This document shows, piece after piece, positions 13,212 to 24,975 of a stretch of DNA of 64,000 bases. The stretch is from Octopus vulgaris (lineage: Eukaryota). The DNA lies in NCBI GenBank assembly GCA_951406725.2, contig OX597831.1, positions 53,258,001 to 53,322,000 on the forward strand. The letters run 5' to 3'. Under the pieces are notes generated by a model. It saw only the letters and a list, made by a program, of their open reading frames with translations, made no database searches and was not told where the DNA came from. The position numbers and the translations under genes are program-made. Within the stretch, counting starts at the first letter, position 1, and each line of letters opens with the position of its first letter.

Positions 13212-14838
13212 GTAATTTCTTTCTTTCTTTTTTCTCCCTCCCTCCTCCTCTCCCTTTATTCCTTTGTCCCTCCCTCTCTCGTTCCTTTCTTTGCTTGTTT
13301 TCATTTTTTTCTCTTCTGTCTCTCTCCTTCCCTTCATCTCTTTTTTTCTTTCATTCATTCATTCTTTTTCTTTTCCTTGTTTGTTTATTTCAAATCTGTG
13401 AATGAAAAAACTATATGTTGAAGATACCGAACAGTTACCAGTTCTTTGCTCTTTTTGTTCTGTATTCATTTGGCGTGTTGATCAGGGAAAGAGAGAAGGC
13501 AATCCTCACAACCTTTATAAGATCGCTGAGGTTGATGTTCTAATTGAATATTTGTAGGTAAAGCAGAGACATAGAATCACTCAATATAGTATAAGGTGTC
13601 AAGTTGGCAGAGTTGTTAGAACATTGGATAGACTACTTAGCACTATTCATTCCAGCACTTTGCACTCTGAGTTCAAATATCAGCAAAGTCACCCTTGTAT
13701 TTCACCTTTCCAGAATCAACAAATAAATTCCTAGTTCAGAGAATTGGATTGGAGGAATAATTAGAGCATTGGATGAAATATTTTGAGTATCTTCTACCTC
13801 TTTGCATCTTACATTCCACCTAGACACCCATCTGTTTTCTTGTGCCCTCCACTCCCTATGGAGCATAGACCATAGACAACTTTGTTCTTTATTCTAGGTT
13901 ATTTTTCCCTTCCCAAGGCCTTCCTTTCCCAAGTCTTGTTGGAAATGGATGGGGAGGGGTCCCTAGAGAGTGAAAGTCCTGGGATGGAAGGAACAACAAA
14001 GTCTAAAATTTGAGACATCCATAAGAAGTTTGTTTATTTGAAAGAGCAGAGGCTATTGTAATAGTGATCTCTAAATGTAATTTCATAGATAGAAACTGTA
14101 CTACTGAAACCCTTCAAATGTGTGTGTTTGTTTGTTTGTGCACGTATATGTATATCTTTTACCTTTTATTTGTTTTGTCAGTTGACTGTAGCCATGCTGG
14201 AACACCTCCTCAAAGGGTGTTAGTTGAATAAATTGACCTCAGGGCTTACTTTTTTAAGCCTAGTACTTATTCTATAAGTCTCTTATGCCAAACCACCATG
14301 ATACAGGGATGTAAACTCACCAACACTAGTTGTCAAGTGGTGGTGGAGGTCAGACACTAACATACACACACACACACACACACACACATGATAGGATTCT
14401 TTCAGTCAAGGAATACCTTACTTGAAAAACATGGAATATTACCGCAACAAATCTCATCCAGTCCCAGCATCTAAAATGCAAACATTGAAATGGTGGTGGT
14501 GATCATAGTGGTGGTAGTGTTGTTGGCAATAGAAGCAGCGGCAGTCTTATATCTTTATAGTATTTAGTAACCTTCCAGATCTAGTCATTTTCATTCACTG
14601 TTGCAGGGGTGAGGAATTCAGTAGCTGTCAAATATTGGTGGGTATCAGCAGATAAACAACAGACAAGATCCCTTGTTGGTATTCAGCTATATTCCCTTAT
14701 GTTCTGAGTTCAAATTCCATCAATGTCATTCACTCCCCAAGGTTCAATGAAATAAGCAACTTTGAAGCAATAGGTTTGATTCCATCAATTCCAGGCTTTA
14801 TACCTGTTTTAAAAACTATTATTGATTTTATTTTGCAG

Positions 14839-15049
14839 CAACAATCGTCAGCCCTTAAAGAAACTGCCATCAGACCAGTCACGAAACTCCCGAGACGATG
14901 CAGAAAAACAAAAGAAAGAAGTGTATGACATGCAAAAGACACTGCCGGGTGGCATGATTCTAATGGAACTCAGTTTCAGTGACCAACATTACTATGTTAA
15001 ACTGTATGGTTATGACTGCTCTCGAATGGGAACTAACGTCAATTCTCAG
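14839..15049 (+). CDS. SZT2: SZT2 exon (NNRQPLKK...QKTLPGGMILMELSFSDQHYYVKLYG...)
   Basis: tttgcag acceptor, CAG|gtacaa donor, phase 2 to 0; LPGG.ILMEL.F motif. Confidence 0.92.
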
Positions 15050-16343
15050 GTACAATAACATTATTACATTCAGGTTACGTTAATACTTTGACAATGTTGT
15101 TATTCACCATCATCGCTTAATGTCAGTTTTCCCTCCTGACATGGGTTGGATAGTTTGACGGGAGCTGACAAGTGAGAAGATTGCACCAGTCATTTCACTG
15201 AGTGTACTGGGTGCTTTTTACATGGCACTGGCACCAGTGAAGTCATCAAGTAATTTGCAAGACAAGACCTCTCAAGTGAAGTAGGGTGTAGAATTGAAGG
15301 ATGTGGCTTTGTGCCAAGTGACAAGAGGTTAAAGAATGATAGGGGGACAGAAATAAGTGTCATCCAGTAGAGGAGATACATGGCTACCCCAACTAGAAAA
15401 GAGAGAAGACAGTGAAGAGGTATGAAGGCATACCCTCAAGTTACAAGAAGGTGAACATTAGAAAAATGGTCCAGAGGAGTGGATAGGGTGAATGGGTTAG
15501 GTAAGTTTATGAAAAGGCGAAAAGAAAGTGGTAGATGGTGAATATATATATTTCCAAGTAGCCCCAACATGAAAATAAAGAAATTAGTTTTGTTAAAATA
15601 CTAACAACCCATTCCACATTGCAGAGACATTGCATTTCTGAAAAATCTTGCCATAATTTGAGATTCTGTAGCATGAAGTATATTTTCCATTTAGCACCAT
15701 GTAACATGGCAGTCAATAGAAAATGCATGTTGCGTTACAGAATTCCACATTATTGGTAGGATCATCAGAGAAATGTCCTGTGGTATTTCTTCCAGCTCTG
15801 CCTTCTGATTTCAAAACTTTATGGGATCAGCTTGTCTTTCATCCTGTAGCCAGAGTATGAAAATAACAAATTTTTTGTATCAAAATACTAACCACCCTTT
15901 CTACATTACAGAAACATTGTTTCTGAAAAATCTTGCCATAATTTGAGATTCTGTAACATGATGAGATCAGCTTTGTCTTACATCCTGATGGGGGTCGATA
16001 AAATAATTTACTTACTTCACCTTCCTTAAAATTACTAGTCTTTTACCTAAATCTGATACAATTATTATTGTTATTGTTGTTGCTGCTGCTGCTGGTTGTA
16101 ACTTGTTGTTGTTAAGACAGAGAACTGGTAGAATCATTAGCACGCTGGGCAAGATGCTTAGAAGCATTTCTTCTGAGACTTTGTCATTCATCCTTTCTGG
16201 GTTGATAAAATAAGTATCAAGGGAGTCCTGAGAATGATGTAATTAACTTCCCCTCCCCCTGAAAATCAGCTGACCCTGCACCAAAATCTGAAACAATTAT
16301 TAATATCATTATTATTATTTATTTGTTTGTACATCTTTTACAG

Positions 16344-16557
16344 TTGCGTCTCTACTTTGTGGATGAATGCGACACTTACCGGGCCTTAACCCATGTGCAT
16401 TCCTTTGCACATGACTTCCATCTGCAGTGCATCATGTCTCATATAGCTGGAGCGCAAGATATTTTCCTTAAAGATTATCATCTCACTAACTTCCTATTGG
16501 ATTTTCTTGAAGTCTATCCAACACCTCCCAACTTCTCAAGAAATTATGTTCACAGAG
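16344..16557 (+). CDS. SZT2: SZT2 exon (LRLYFVDECD...HVHSFAHDFHL...PPNFSRNYVHR)
   Basis: ttacag acceptor, G|gtttgt donor; HVHSF..DFHL and P.FSRN motifs of SZT2. Confidence 0.93.
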
Positions 16558-16899
16558 GTTTGTTCAACGTCTACAATTTTGAATTTACAAATATCTCTTT
16601 CACTCTTACCTCTTTATTTCTTACTCAAACTTCCATGCTCTTTTCTACTTTTATCATAAATAGTGCATTAACCCTTTAGTGTTCAGATTATTCTGTTAAA
16701 TGTAATACTTTTTCACTCAAATTGTTTTGAATTAATCATGCATTATCTTATAGCTTTGAGGTTTCAATGATGTGAATGTTTATTTTTAGAATGTCAATGT
16801 AGGTTAGGTGTGAGAGGCTGGATATCGCCAGTTTGAATATAAAACATGTATAATATATTGGGCCGGATTAAACACTAAAGGGTTAAACAAATATGTACA

Positions 16900-16955
<56 letters not shown>

Positions 16956-16959
<4 letters not shown>

Positions 16960-18411
16960 GTGGGCCAAAAGTCATGAACCAAAACATTTGACATTTTGTT
17001 TATATTATGTTATTATTATTTTGTTCATCAAGTATGTATGTATTGGGTCATCCCATAAATAATGCGTTTTTTTATACTACTTTTATTTTTCAAAATTATG
17101 GTAAACAAAGTTCTTTTTTAATCTAAAATATATTCTCCTTCATTTTCTACAATGCTTTTCCATCTATCTGGTAGACTTGCAAGGCTCCGCTTCCAAAATT
17201 CACTTATTCGTGACAAAAAATACTCCTCCAGTTGTTCTGACCTCATCTACAGAATTCATATTTTTTCCGTCCAAATGATTTTGAAGACTGCAGAATAAAG
17301 GATAATCAGATGGGGCAATGTCCAGTGAATATGGTGGGTGGGGCATCATTTCCCATTCAAACTGCTCTAGCCTTTGGAATGTCATCCTCAATGTTTGTGG
17401 CCAAGCATTATCGTGATAGAACAACACCTTTCGTCTTGAAACCAAAGACGGTCGTTTTTCTTCTTGTGGTGACTTAAGCTGCTCAAGCTGCTTGCAGTAG
17501 ATCTCCTTTGTTACCATTGGTTTTGGGTTTAAAAGTTCAAAGTGGACTAAACCTTTCATATCCCACCAAACAGATAACAACACTCTATGTGGGTGAAGTC
17601 CTTCTTTAGCCTAGGATGCCAGTGTTTCTCCTTTCCCTATCCACTGTCTTTGGCACTTGACATTTTTATAGGGAACCCATTTCTCGTTACCAGTCACTAT
17701 TTGGTCAAAAAAGGTTCATTTGTGAGACGTGACAGCAAAGAAGAGCACACATTTACTCTCTGCACATGATTAGACTCAGAAAGTTTGTGAGGAACCCATT
17801 GACCCAATTTGCTAACTTTCATGATGGCACACCGGTGTCGATGAATGATTGAGTTACCAAATCCAAGCTTCTCTGCTAGTTCAGCAGTTACGATGGGATT
17901 TTGTTCCCCCAGTGTTTGCAGGACATCCTTGTTGAGCTCTACAGATCTTCCAGGATGAGGCTCAGCTTCTAGGCTGTGGTTTCCAGCAGAACCACCATAA
18001 ATACTGGCTTACTCTTATTGTCCAATCCCCATATACTGCATTTTCCTCGCATTTTCCATTGTGTTGCTGAACTCATAAAGCAAAATATGCCAAATATGCT
18101 CCTTTGTCACTTCCATTATAGCTTTGAAAAAATTATTGTTAAAATCAAACTGCATTCTTTAAAACTAGAACTAAGAATAAGGACAAGGTAAAATTACTAC
18201 CTGCATTTATAGCAAGTTGATGCTGGTAATTCCGAGCCCTTCCGACTTTTTAGTTCATGATACTGAAAAAATTGCATTATTTATGGAATGACCCAATATG
18301 TATTCATCATTAATTAATTTATTTTATTCAATTTTAGAAAAATTGAAGCTTGTCTTTGACAATTGCAGAGGGCACTGACCTTATTTTGTGTGTGACTTTT
18401 GACTCACCTTG
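16956..18411. mobile_element. About 200-bp Tc1/mariner MITE hosting a mariner insertion
   Basis: TIRs cagggtgggccaaaagtca / tgacttttgactcaccttg. Confidence 0.7.
17043..18296 (-). mobile_element. Near full-length defective mariner (DD34D) transposon
   Basis: TIRs ttgggtcatcccataaataatgc / gcattatttatggaatgacccaa with TA TSDs; motifs WVPHKL, VTGNEKW, HDNA and HPPYSLDIAPSDY, with frameshifts and stops. Confidence 0.93.
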
Positions 18412-18582
18412 TATGTATATATATATATATATACACTCAGTATATCATATATCTGAAAAAGAAGCACACTTCAAAGCATAGAGCAGTAATGTATTTATAT
18501 GCAGTTAAGTATATATCCAGTCATCCATAAAGTGCTGAGCTCTATGGACAACTAGTCAGACTCTAATGGCGAAGTTCACCAT

Positions 18583-18646
18583 TAGAGTCTGATGTGTCAT
18601 CTATAAAGCCTAGCGCTTTATGGATGCGAAACCATTGATCACCCTA
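18583..18646 (+). ncRNA. Degenerate type I hammerhead motif in a (TA)n-flanked palindrome
   Basis: tagagt-CTGATGT-long stem II-GAAA-ccattg-ATC-acccta; A9 of the core is mutated. Confidence 0.6.
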
Positions 18647-18673
18647 TGACCGGACATATACTTTACTGCATAT

Positions 18674-18729
<56 letters not shown>

Positions 18730-18883
18730 CAAAAGGCAACAAGTATAGTCATCACTAAAGAGAATGCTAGTGAGCACCAGCATTGCTAGAAATAAGTGTC
18801 AAAACAACTCTTAGCCATGTGAAATCACTTTTCTAATGACTGACAAGGGAGACAAGCTCTCCCTCTCTACAACAAGCGAGATG

Positions 18884-18933
18884 GAGTCATATTAGTGCTT
18901 ATTTCAGATTTAATTAATCTTCATCAGTGACCC
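18884..18933 (-). ncRNA. Type I hammerhead ribozyme motif
   Basis: Reverse complement GGGTCA-CTGATGA-AGATTaattaAATCT-GAAA-TAAGCACTAA-TA-TGACTC; all three stems can pair. Confidence 0.7.
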
Positions 18934-19170
18934 ACTACTCCATCAATGTTTCCTATACATGTATGTGTGTGTCCTCATTTTACATCTGCTCTATAATGTG
19001 TACCCTACACTTATACTGATGTCAACCTCATAACTGCAATACCCTCTGTGTTGTATTAATGTAACCAAGAATACTTATATAAACGATACTTATAAATAAT
19101 ACTTATTGCATCATTCTATTTTTGCTTTTGAATTTGTTTCTGACACTTTTTCTTTTTCCTGTCTCTGCAG

Positions 19171-19304
19171 CTCGTATCCAACTGACAAACTTGACTTGTC
19201 CAAGTGGCCAACTGTATGACTACATCCTCAAACATCCAAACCTGCATGATTTCACAGTCATTCAACAGCAGGCAGCTGCTCACACCGATTCAGAACTAGA
19301 TCTA
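19171..19304 (+). CDS. SZT2: SZT2 exon (ARIQLTNLTCPSGQLYDYILKHP...ELDL)
   Basis: ctgcag acceptor, gtaaga donor, phase 1 to 0. Confidence 0.88.
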
Positions 19305-19451
19305 GTAAGAAATTCAATATTTCCATCTTTGTTTCTTATTCTCTTGATACATTTCATCACACGTTTATTGTTCATTCATGTATAACCTTGTCTTTTATTT
19401 AATTAATTGATCATGTGTGTGTGTTAAATCACTAAGGTTAAAGTCTGGTCA

Positions 19452-19514
19452 TAGAGTGACCAGTGGTTTCACATCATGAAAGCCACAGCCTTGTGGACAG
19501 CTCATCAGACTATA
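19452..19514 (-). ncRNA. Type I hammerhead ribozyme motif (same family as 18583)
   Basis: Reverse complement tatagt-CTGATGA-stem II-GAAA-CCACTG-GTC-actcta. Confidence 0.7.
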
Positions 19515-19825
19515 CAAAGACAAGTTTAACTCTTCACCTCTATATACATATGCCTCTGAGTGAAGCATTGGTCGAGTACAGGGTGGTAATAAAAACAGAG
19601 ATGACAAAGGAATAAAATGATTATCTTATGAGCTTTATTAGCATGCTGCTGTTTCTACTATAATATGTGGTGGACTCATTGTTAAGTGCCTAAGTAACAC
19701 CATATAGCATCGTCAGAGCATCAAACATGAAGTAGCAGCAATGGGCAGTGTGTACAAAGAGGAGGGATACTTCATGTTTGAGGCTCTGATGTAACTGTAA
19801 GGTGTTACTCAGGCACTCAACTATG

Positions 19826-20090
19826 AAGTGGAGGCATGTGGCCTAGTAGTTAAGGTGTTGGACTCATGATTGTAAGATTGTGGTTTGATTCCTGGACCGG
19901 GTGATGCATAGTGTTCTTGAGCAAAACACTTCATTTCATGTTACTCCAGCCCACTCAACTGGCAAAAATGAGTAATCCTGCAATGGCCAGCGTCCCTTCC
20001 AGGTGGGGAATAGATATGTCATGGAAACTGGGAAACCAGCCTTTATGAGTCAGCTTGACTCAAGAAGCAAACTTTACCTTACTTTTTTTA
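19826..20090 (+). mobile_element. tRNA-derived SINE inserted in a palindromic repeat
   Basis: tRNA-like head ggcctagtagttaagg...ggtttgattcc; TSD-like act(c/g)aactatgaa. Confidence 0.75.
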
Positions 20091-20170
20091 CTGAACTATG
20101 AATAATGGAAACAGTAGCAAGCTAATAAAGTTCATAAGATAGCTAATTTTCTTCCTTTGTCATCTATGTT

Positions 20171-20207
<37 letters not shown>

Positions 20208-20294
20208 CGGGAAGCTTTATGAAAGATGAAGGCAGGTGGGAAACAAACAAACAATTGTATTAGTATGGCGCTCAGGAAATATAAATAAAACAAG

Positions 20295-20332
20295 TCTTTA
20301 ACGTTTCGAGCCTACGCTCTTCAACAGAAAGA
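20295..20332 (-). ncRNA. Minimal (Penelope-type) hammerhead-like motif
   Basis: Reverse complement TCTTT-CTGTTGA-AGAGCgtagGCTC-GAAA-CG-TT-AAAGA; palindromic ACGT stem III, A6 of the core altered. Confidence 0.45.
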
Positions 20333-20902
20333 TACACAGAGAGAAAAAAAAACACAGAAAGAAGGAGAGAAAAAAAATGCGTGCAGTAACTAACGAATCA
20401 ACATGGCGATCTGATATATATATGCATGCACATAGTATGATGCGTCCTTTTATTTAGAAAAGTTGGGTAAAGTTTAAGGGAAATTTTCAATGCTATTTTA
20501 TCAGATCTAGCAGCCTTATAAGAGGTTTTCTTACAGACTTGGATGGTGATGTTGATAATTGTATGATGCTTTGACAAACTAAAATATAATTCAAACTTTT
20601 TCTTTTCAATTGTGAAAGAATTGTTTTCTGAATTTCATATTTTATAACTGAAATCAAACCTGAAGCATTTGAATACAGAGTGAATTTGTGTAAACTACAT
20701 ATTAATGTGATACTTCACAGTACAAGTACCTTGAAGTGATTGATATTCCATAAACAACAGATGGCTGAAATCTTTCCTTTCCGGGTTTTTTTTTTTTTTT
20801 TCTCTTTTGAATATATCTTCCTCAATCTAAATTATCAAAGGTTTTATTATTTTCTTGTGCATTAGTTTGCACTGTCTACCAAAACCTGTTATCATTTGTC
20901 AG

Positions 20903-20941
20903 AGTTGGCCTGTTCATGTACGAGAATTAGATGAACTTCAT
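20903..20941 (+). CDS. SZT2: Candidate 39-nt cassette exon (SWPVHVRELDELH)
   Basis: tttgtcag acceptor, gtaagc donor, phase 0/0, no stop. Confidence 0.4.
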
Positions 20942-21428
20942 GTAAGCGTCTCTCTTAGCTAACACTATTATCAGTACCAGCCTCTATATTAACATTCATT
21001 CTTCATTTGCACCATCCAAAGTGTTGTTTCTTGGAAATTGAATTCATCTGAATTAAGCTTGTTGCAAATTTTTAAGCAACACAACACACCTAAGAAATGA
21101 TTTTTTTTCTTTTTCTGCCTCATATGTTTAAATGTCACTGTTTTACAGAGACAGTTTGGGTTCCCTGGTCACTTGTGTCTTCTTTTTGCTTTTCATTTGT
21201 CTTGTATAACAAATGTGTCTTCTAAGGAACCTTTGTAAGTTCCTTCTTAGTGCCTCACACGCATATATGTTTGGTGACAATTTTTTTTTTTTTTTGATAA
21301 TCTGTGTACAGGCTCCAGATCCTGACACTGGTGCAAGTGGATTGGCCTTCGTTCAGTGTCAGTGTAAACTATATTGTACTATATTGCATTGTATTGACTT
21401 AGTTTTGTTGATGTTTTGTTTGTTTCAG

Positions 21429-21458
21429 CTACGGTTTGATTACTGGAATTGGAAAAAG
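21429..21458 (+). CDS. SZT2: Candidate 30-nt microexon (LRFDYWNWKK)
   Basis: U-rich tract plus tttcag acceptor, strong AAG|gtaaga donor, phase 0/0. Confidence 0.5.
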
Positions 21459-22289
21459 GTAAGAGTCCCTTCCCCACTCCCTGAGACACACACACATACA
21501 CACATAAACATACACACATACATGCACACACACACACACACAGTATCATTTTCTGACATACATAGACACATATACACACAATGTCATAATACACCAACCA
21601 TTTCTATATAACAAAACACACGTTATATATGTATCTCAGCTTATTGACCCTCTTGTATTGGTTAAGATTAAGCCTTTCACTCTTTATGGAGCATAGGCCT
21701 TTCTCCACTATTCTCAACTCTGGGCTGTTTTTTTCTGTTTCTTTCCAGTTGCGTCCCTGCTTTTTCAGTTCTACCTCAATCCTGCCTCCAGCTATTTTTA
21801 GGGCATCCTCTCTTCCACCTCCCTTTTGGCCTGATGTGTAATGCAGGATCTTGGTTTCTATACCATGTCATGTGTTTCTCTGACAGAAGGCTTATCCATC
21901 TTCTCCTGGATCTTGTTGGTTTTGCATTGTTATCAATGCTTCTGTAACTTTGTTTTTCTTGTTGCTCTATGCAAACCCAGTTTTACTTCTGGAAAGAAGT
22001 GGTCTGTATTATTTTGATCTCTCTCCTTTGACCTGTCCAGCATGGGTAGCCCTACCAGGAGCTTGTGTTCTGTTGGCATAGCTCTCAGGGTCATTAAGGC
22101 ATACAAACCACCACACTCCAACAAGAACTGGACCTTGTGATGGATGACACACTGACACAAACTGTTATTGTGTCACATATTATACTGTGACATATACTGT
22201 ATTATGACATGATGATGTTTCCCCACTATCCCTTCTCTGTCCCTTGTTCCCTGCCATACTACCTCCTGCTGCCAATTAGTGCTGGTCCC

Positions 22290-22600
22290 ACTTAAAAAGC
22301 ACCTGTGCTGGTGCCACATAAGAAGCACCCATGCTGGTGCCACATAAGAAGCACCCATGCTGGTGCCACATAAGAAGCACCCATGCTGGTGTCACGTAAG
22401 AAGCACCCATGCTGGTGCCACATAAGAAGCACCCATGCTGGTGCCACATAAGAAGCACCCATGCTGGTGCCACATAAGAAGCACCCATGCTGGTGCCACA
22501 TAAGAAGCGTCCATGCTGGTGCCACAAGAAGCACCCATGCTGGTGTCACATAAAAAGTATCCTTGCTTGTGCCACATAAAAACCCATGCTGGTTCCATGT
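22290..22600. repeat. 26-bp minisatellite (gcacccatgctggtgccacataagaa)n inside a SINE
   Basis: About 11 head-to-tail copies with no spacers. Confidence 0.95.
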
Positions 22601-23788
22601 AAAAAGCACTTGAGATGGTGCCACATAACAGGCACTTGTAAAGTGGTTGGTGTTAAGAAGGGCATCCAGCCATAAACACTATACCAAAGCAGACTATGGA
22701 ACTTCGGCAACTTTCTGGCTTGCCAAGTCCTGTCAAACCATCCAACCCATGCCAGCATGGAAAATGGACATCAAATGATGATGATCTACTACTCTATTAC
22801 TCTCCCCACTATCACCCAATTGCAACTATAATTCTTCTTTTCATTTTACTTACTCTCTCTCATCACTCCCGACCTAAAAATTATCATGCACTCTCTCTTC
22901 TGGTCTGCCTCACTTATAGGGGCCTCTTCAGTGACTCATCAAGATGCAGCTAAATCATCCAACTATGCCAGGATGAAAGCCGATATTAGATGCTGACAAT
23001 ACTGCTGCCACTACTGACTATGGCTTGAGCTACGTTATGATATATTACACTTTATTGTGACACATTGATTCTTGCTTTACACTGGCTCACACTTATCATG
23101 ACACATTGGCTCCTGTTATATTTTGATATGTTACCAATCACTATATATGATATATTCCACAAATTCCAGAAGCTTCTTACCTATATTAATAGCTGAATGC
23201 AAAAATCCATCCAAGGAACGGGTTTTAGCATCACAGTATATATGTATATATATATCATCTGAATGTGGCCGTTGCCAATGCCGCCTCGACTGGCCTCTAT
23301 GCCGGTGGCAAGTAAAAAGCACCAACCGATCATGTAAAAAGCTCCCACTACACTCATGGAGTGGTTGCGTTAGGAAGGGCATCCAACTGTAGAAACACTG
23401 CCAGATCAGACTGGGCCTGGTGCAGCCTCCTGGCTTCCCAGACCCCAGTCAAACCGTCCAACCCATGCTAGCATGGAAAGTGGACGTTAAACGATGATGA
23501 TGATGATGATTTATATATGTGTATATATATATATCGTAAATATGAGGGTAATAAAATGATTAATTACCAGTAGTTAGCATACATAAATAAAAGTTTTATT
23601 ACCCTCATATTTACGATAATAATATTTATAATTCTGAGGCTATATGGGACACAGTTTTAAATTTGTTTATTTACTGTTGGACTATATGTTTACGCTCGTG
23701 CACTAAGTTCAAATCCATAATGGATAAAGATGTAGCTGTCTTGCACACGTGTTTTCAGTATGTATTTGCAACTACATAATTATTCATA

Positions 23789-23875
23789 AATTAGTGATTC
23801 TGCTGATGATCTACAGATTCCAAATTAGTATATTTGGCAATTAATAGTGAAACTCAAGTTTGGGGTTAACTAATT
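23789..23875 (+). ncRNA. Degenerate hammerhead motif in a Penelope-like repeat
   Basis: CTGATGA...GAAA-CTCAAG-TT; stem I pairs mostly through G-U wobbles. Confidence 0.5.
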
Positions 23876-24014
23876 CATCTTTTGTTCAGTCTAGTGTTAT
23901 AACACCATGCCTCATGAATTCTTTTTTCGTGGTTTGGGTTTTGACTGCCCTTTCTAACATGTAAGGAGTCCTGTCAAAGGTCTCCTCTCTGTGTATAAAA
24001 ATATTTTATACACT

Positions 24015-24067
<53 letters not shown>

Positions 24068-24649
24068 AGACACTTTATTTCACATTGCTCCAGTCCACTC
24101 AACTGGCAAAAATAAGTTGTACCTGTATTTCATTGGGCCAGCTTTGCTACATTGGGTGTGTCACACTGAATCTCCTTGAGAACTGCATTAAGGGTGCCTG
24201 TGTATGTGGAGTGTTCAACCACACACACACACACACATGTATATGTTTAAATGGCTAGTTTGCTTTCCAATCATGTGATCTCGGGTATAGTCCCATTGCA
24301 TGGCATCTTGGGCAAGTGTCTCATATATATTATATACAAGTTGCAGTCTAGATGTTTTCAGATTTTTTTTCCAAGAGAGATATTTATTAATTTCAAAGAA
24401 GTACAAAGCTCTAATCTCCTTCAACACATACATGCACACCAATATTACAGCAACACTCACACACTCATTTCCACTACACTAGTTCTTAAATTCAAACATA
24501 CACACCGTATCAAAACTATACTACACACACACCTTCTTCTATAGAGATAACTCAACCCTATCAGATTATTTTATAAAAGCTTAATTCCTAAGTTCACAGC
24601 TTTATTTCAGTTTTCTTTGCTGTCTGTCTACAGTTTACTTTCCATTACA

Positions 24650-24975
24650 GCTATATTCTTTTTACTATTGGCCTTCATAGAACCACTTTTACTATATACA
24701 CTATTGGTCTTCGTATTATATTACTCTACATTATTATTCTTCATAGATCACATATACAATATTAATCTATATTATTAGTTTCCATAGATCTTGTTTACTG
24801 TATACTCTATACTACTGTTCTTTATAGAGCACTTTTACAATATATCCTGTACTGTCAATATTCATAGGTTTCTTTTACTATATACTGCATCTATACTATA
24901 TATTCTATAGTATTAGTCCTCATAGACTACTTATCCATTATGCTATTGTCTTCATAGATCGTGTATTCTATGTAG
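24650..24975. repeat. Degenerate roughly 40-bp tandem repeat
   Basis: Recurring tattg(g)tcttcatagatc...ttttactatatac motif. Confidence 0.6.

Noticed and set aside
13001-13405. 134-aa ORF overlapping an SZT2 exon (also 32086-32397)
   Set aside because: Alternative frames of real exons; splice phases support the other frame
22276-22624. CRISPR-like array and repetitive ORFs (MWHQHGCFLCGTSMGASYVAPAW)
   Set aside because: Units are contiguous with no unique spacers, there are no cas genes, and the context is a eukaryotic SINE; the ORFs are artefacts of a 26-bp repeat
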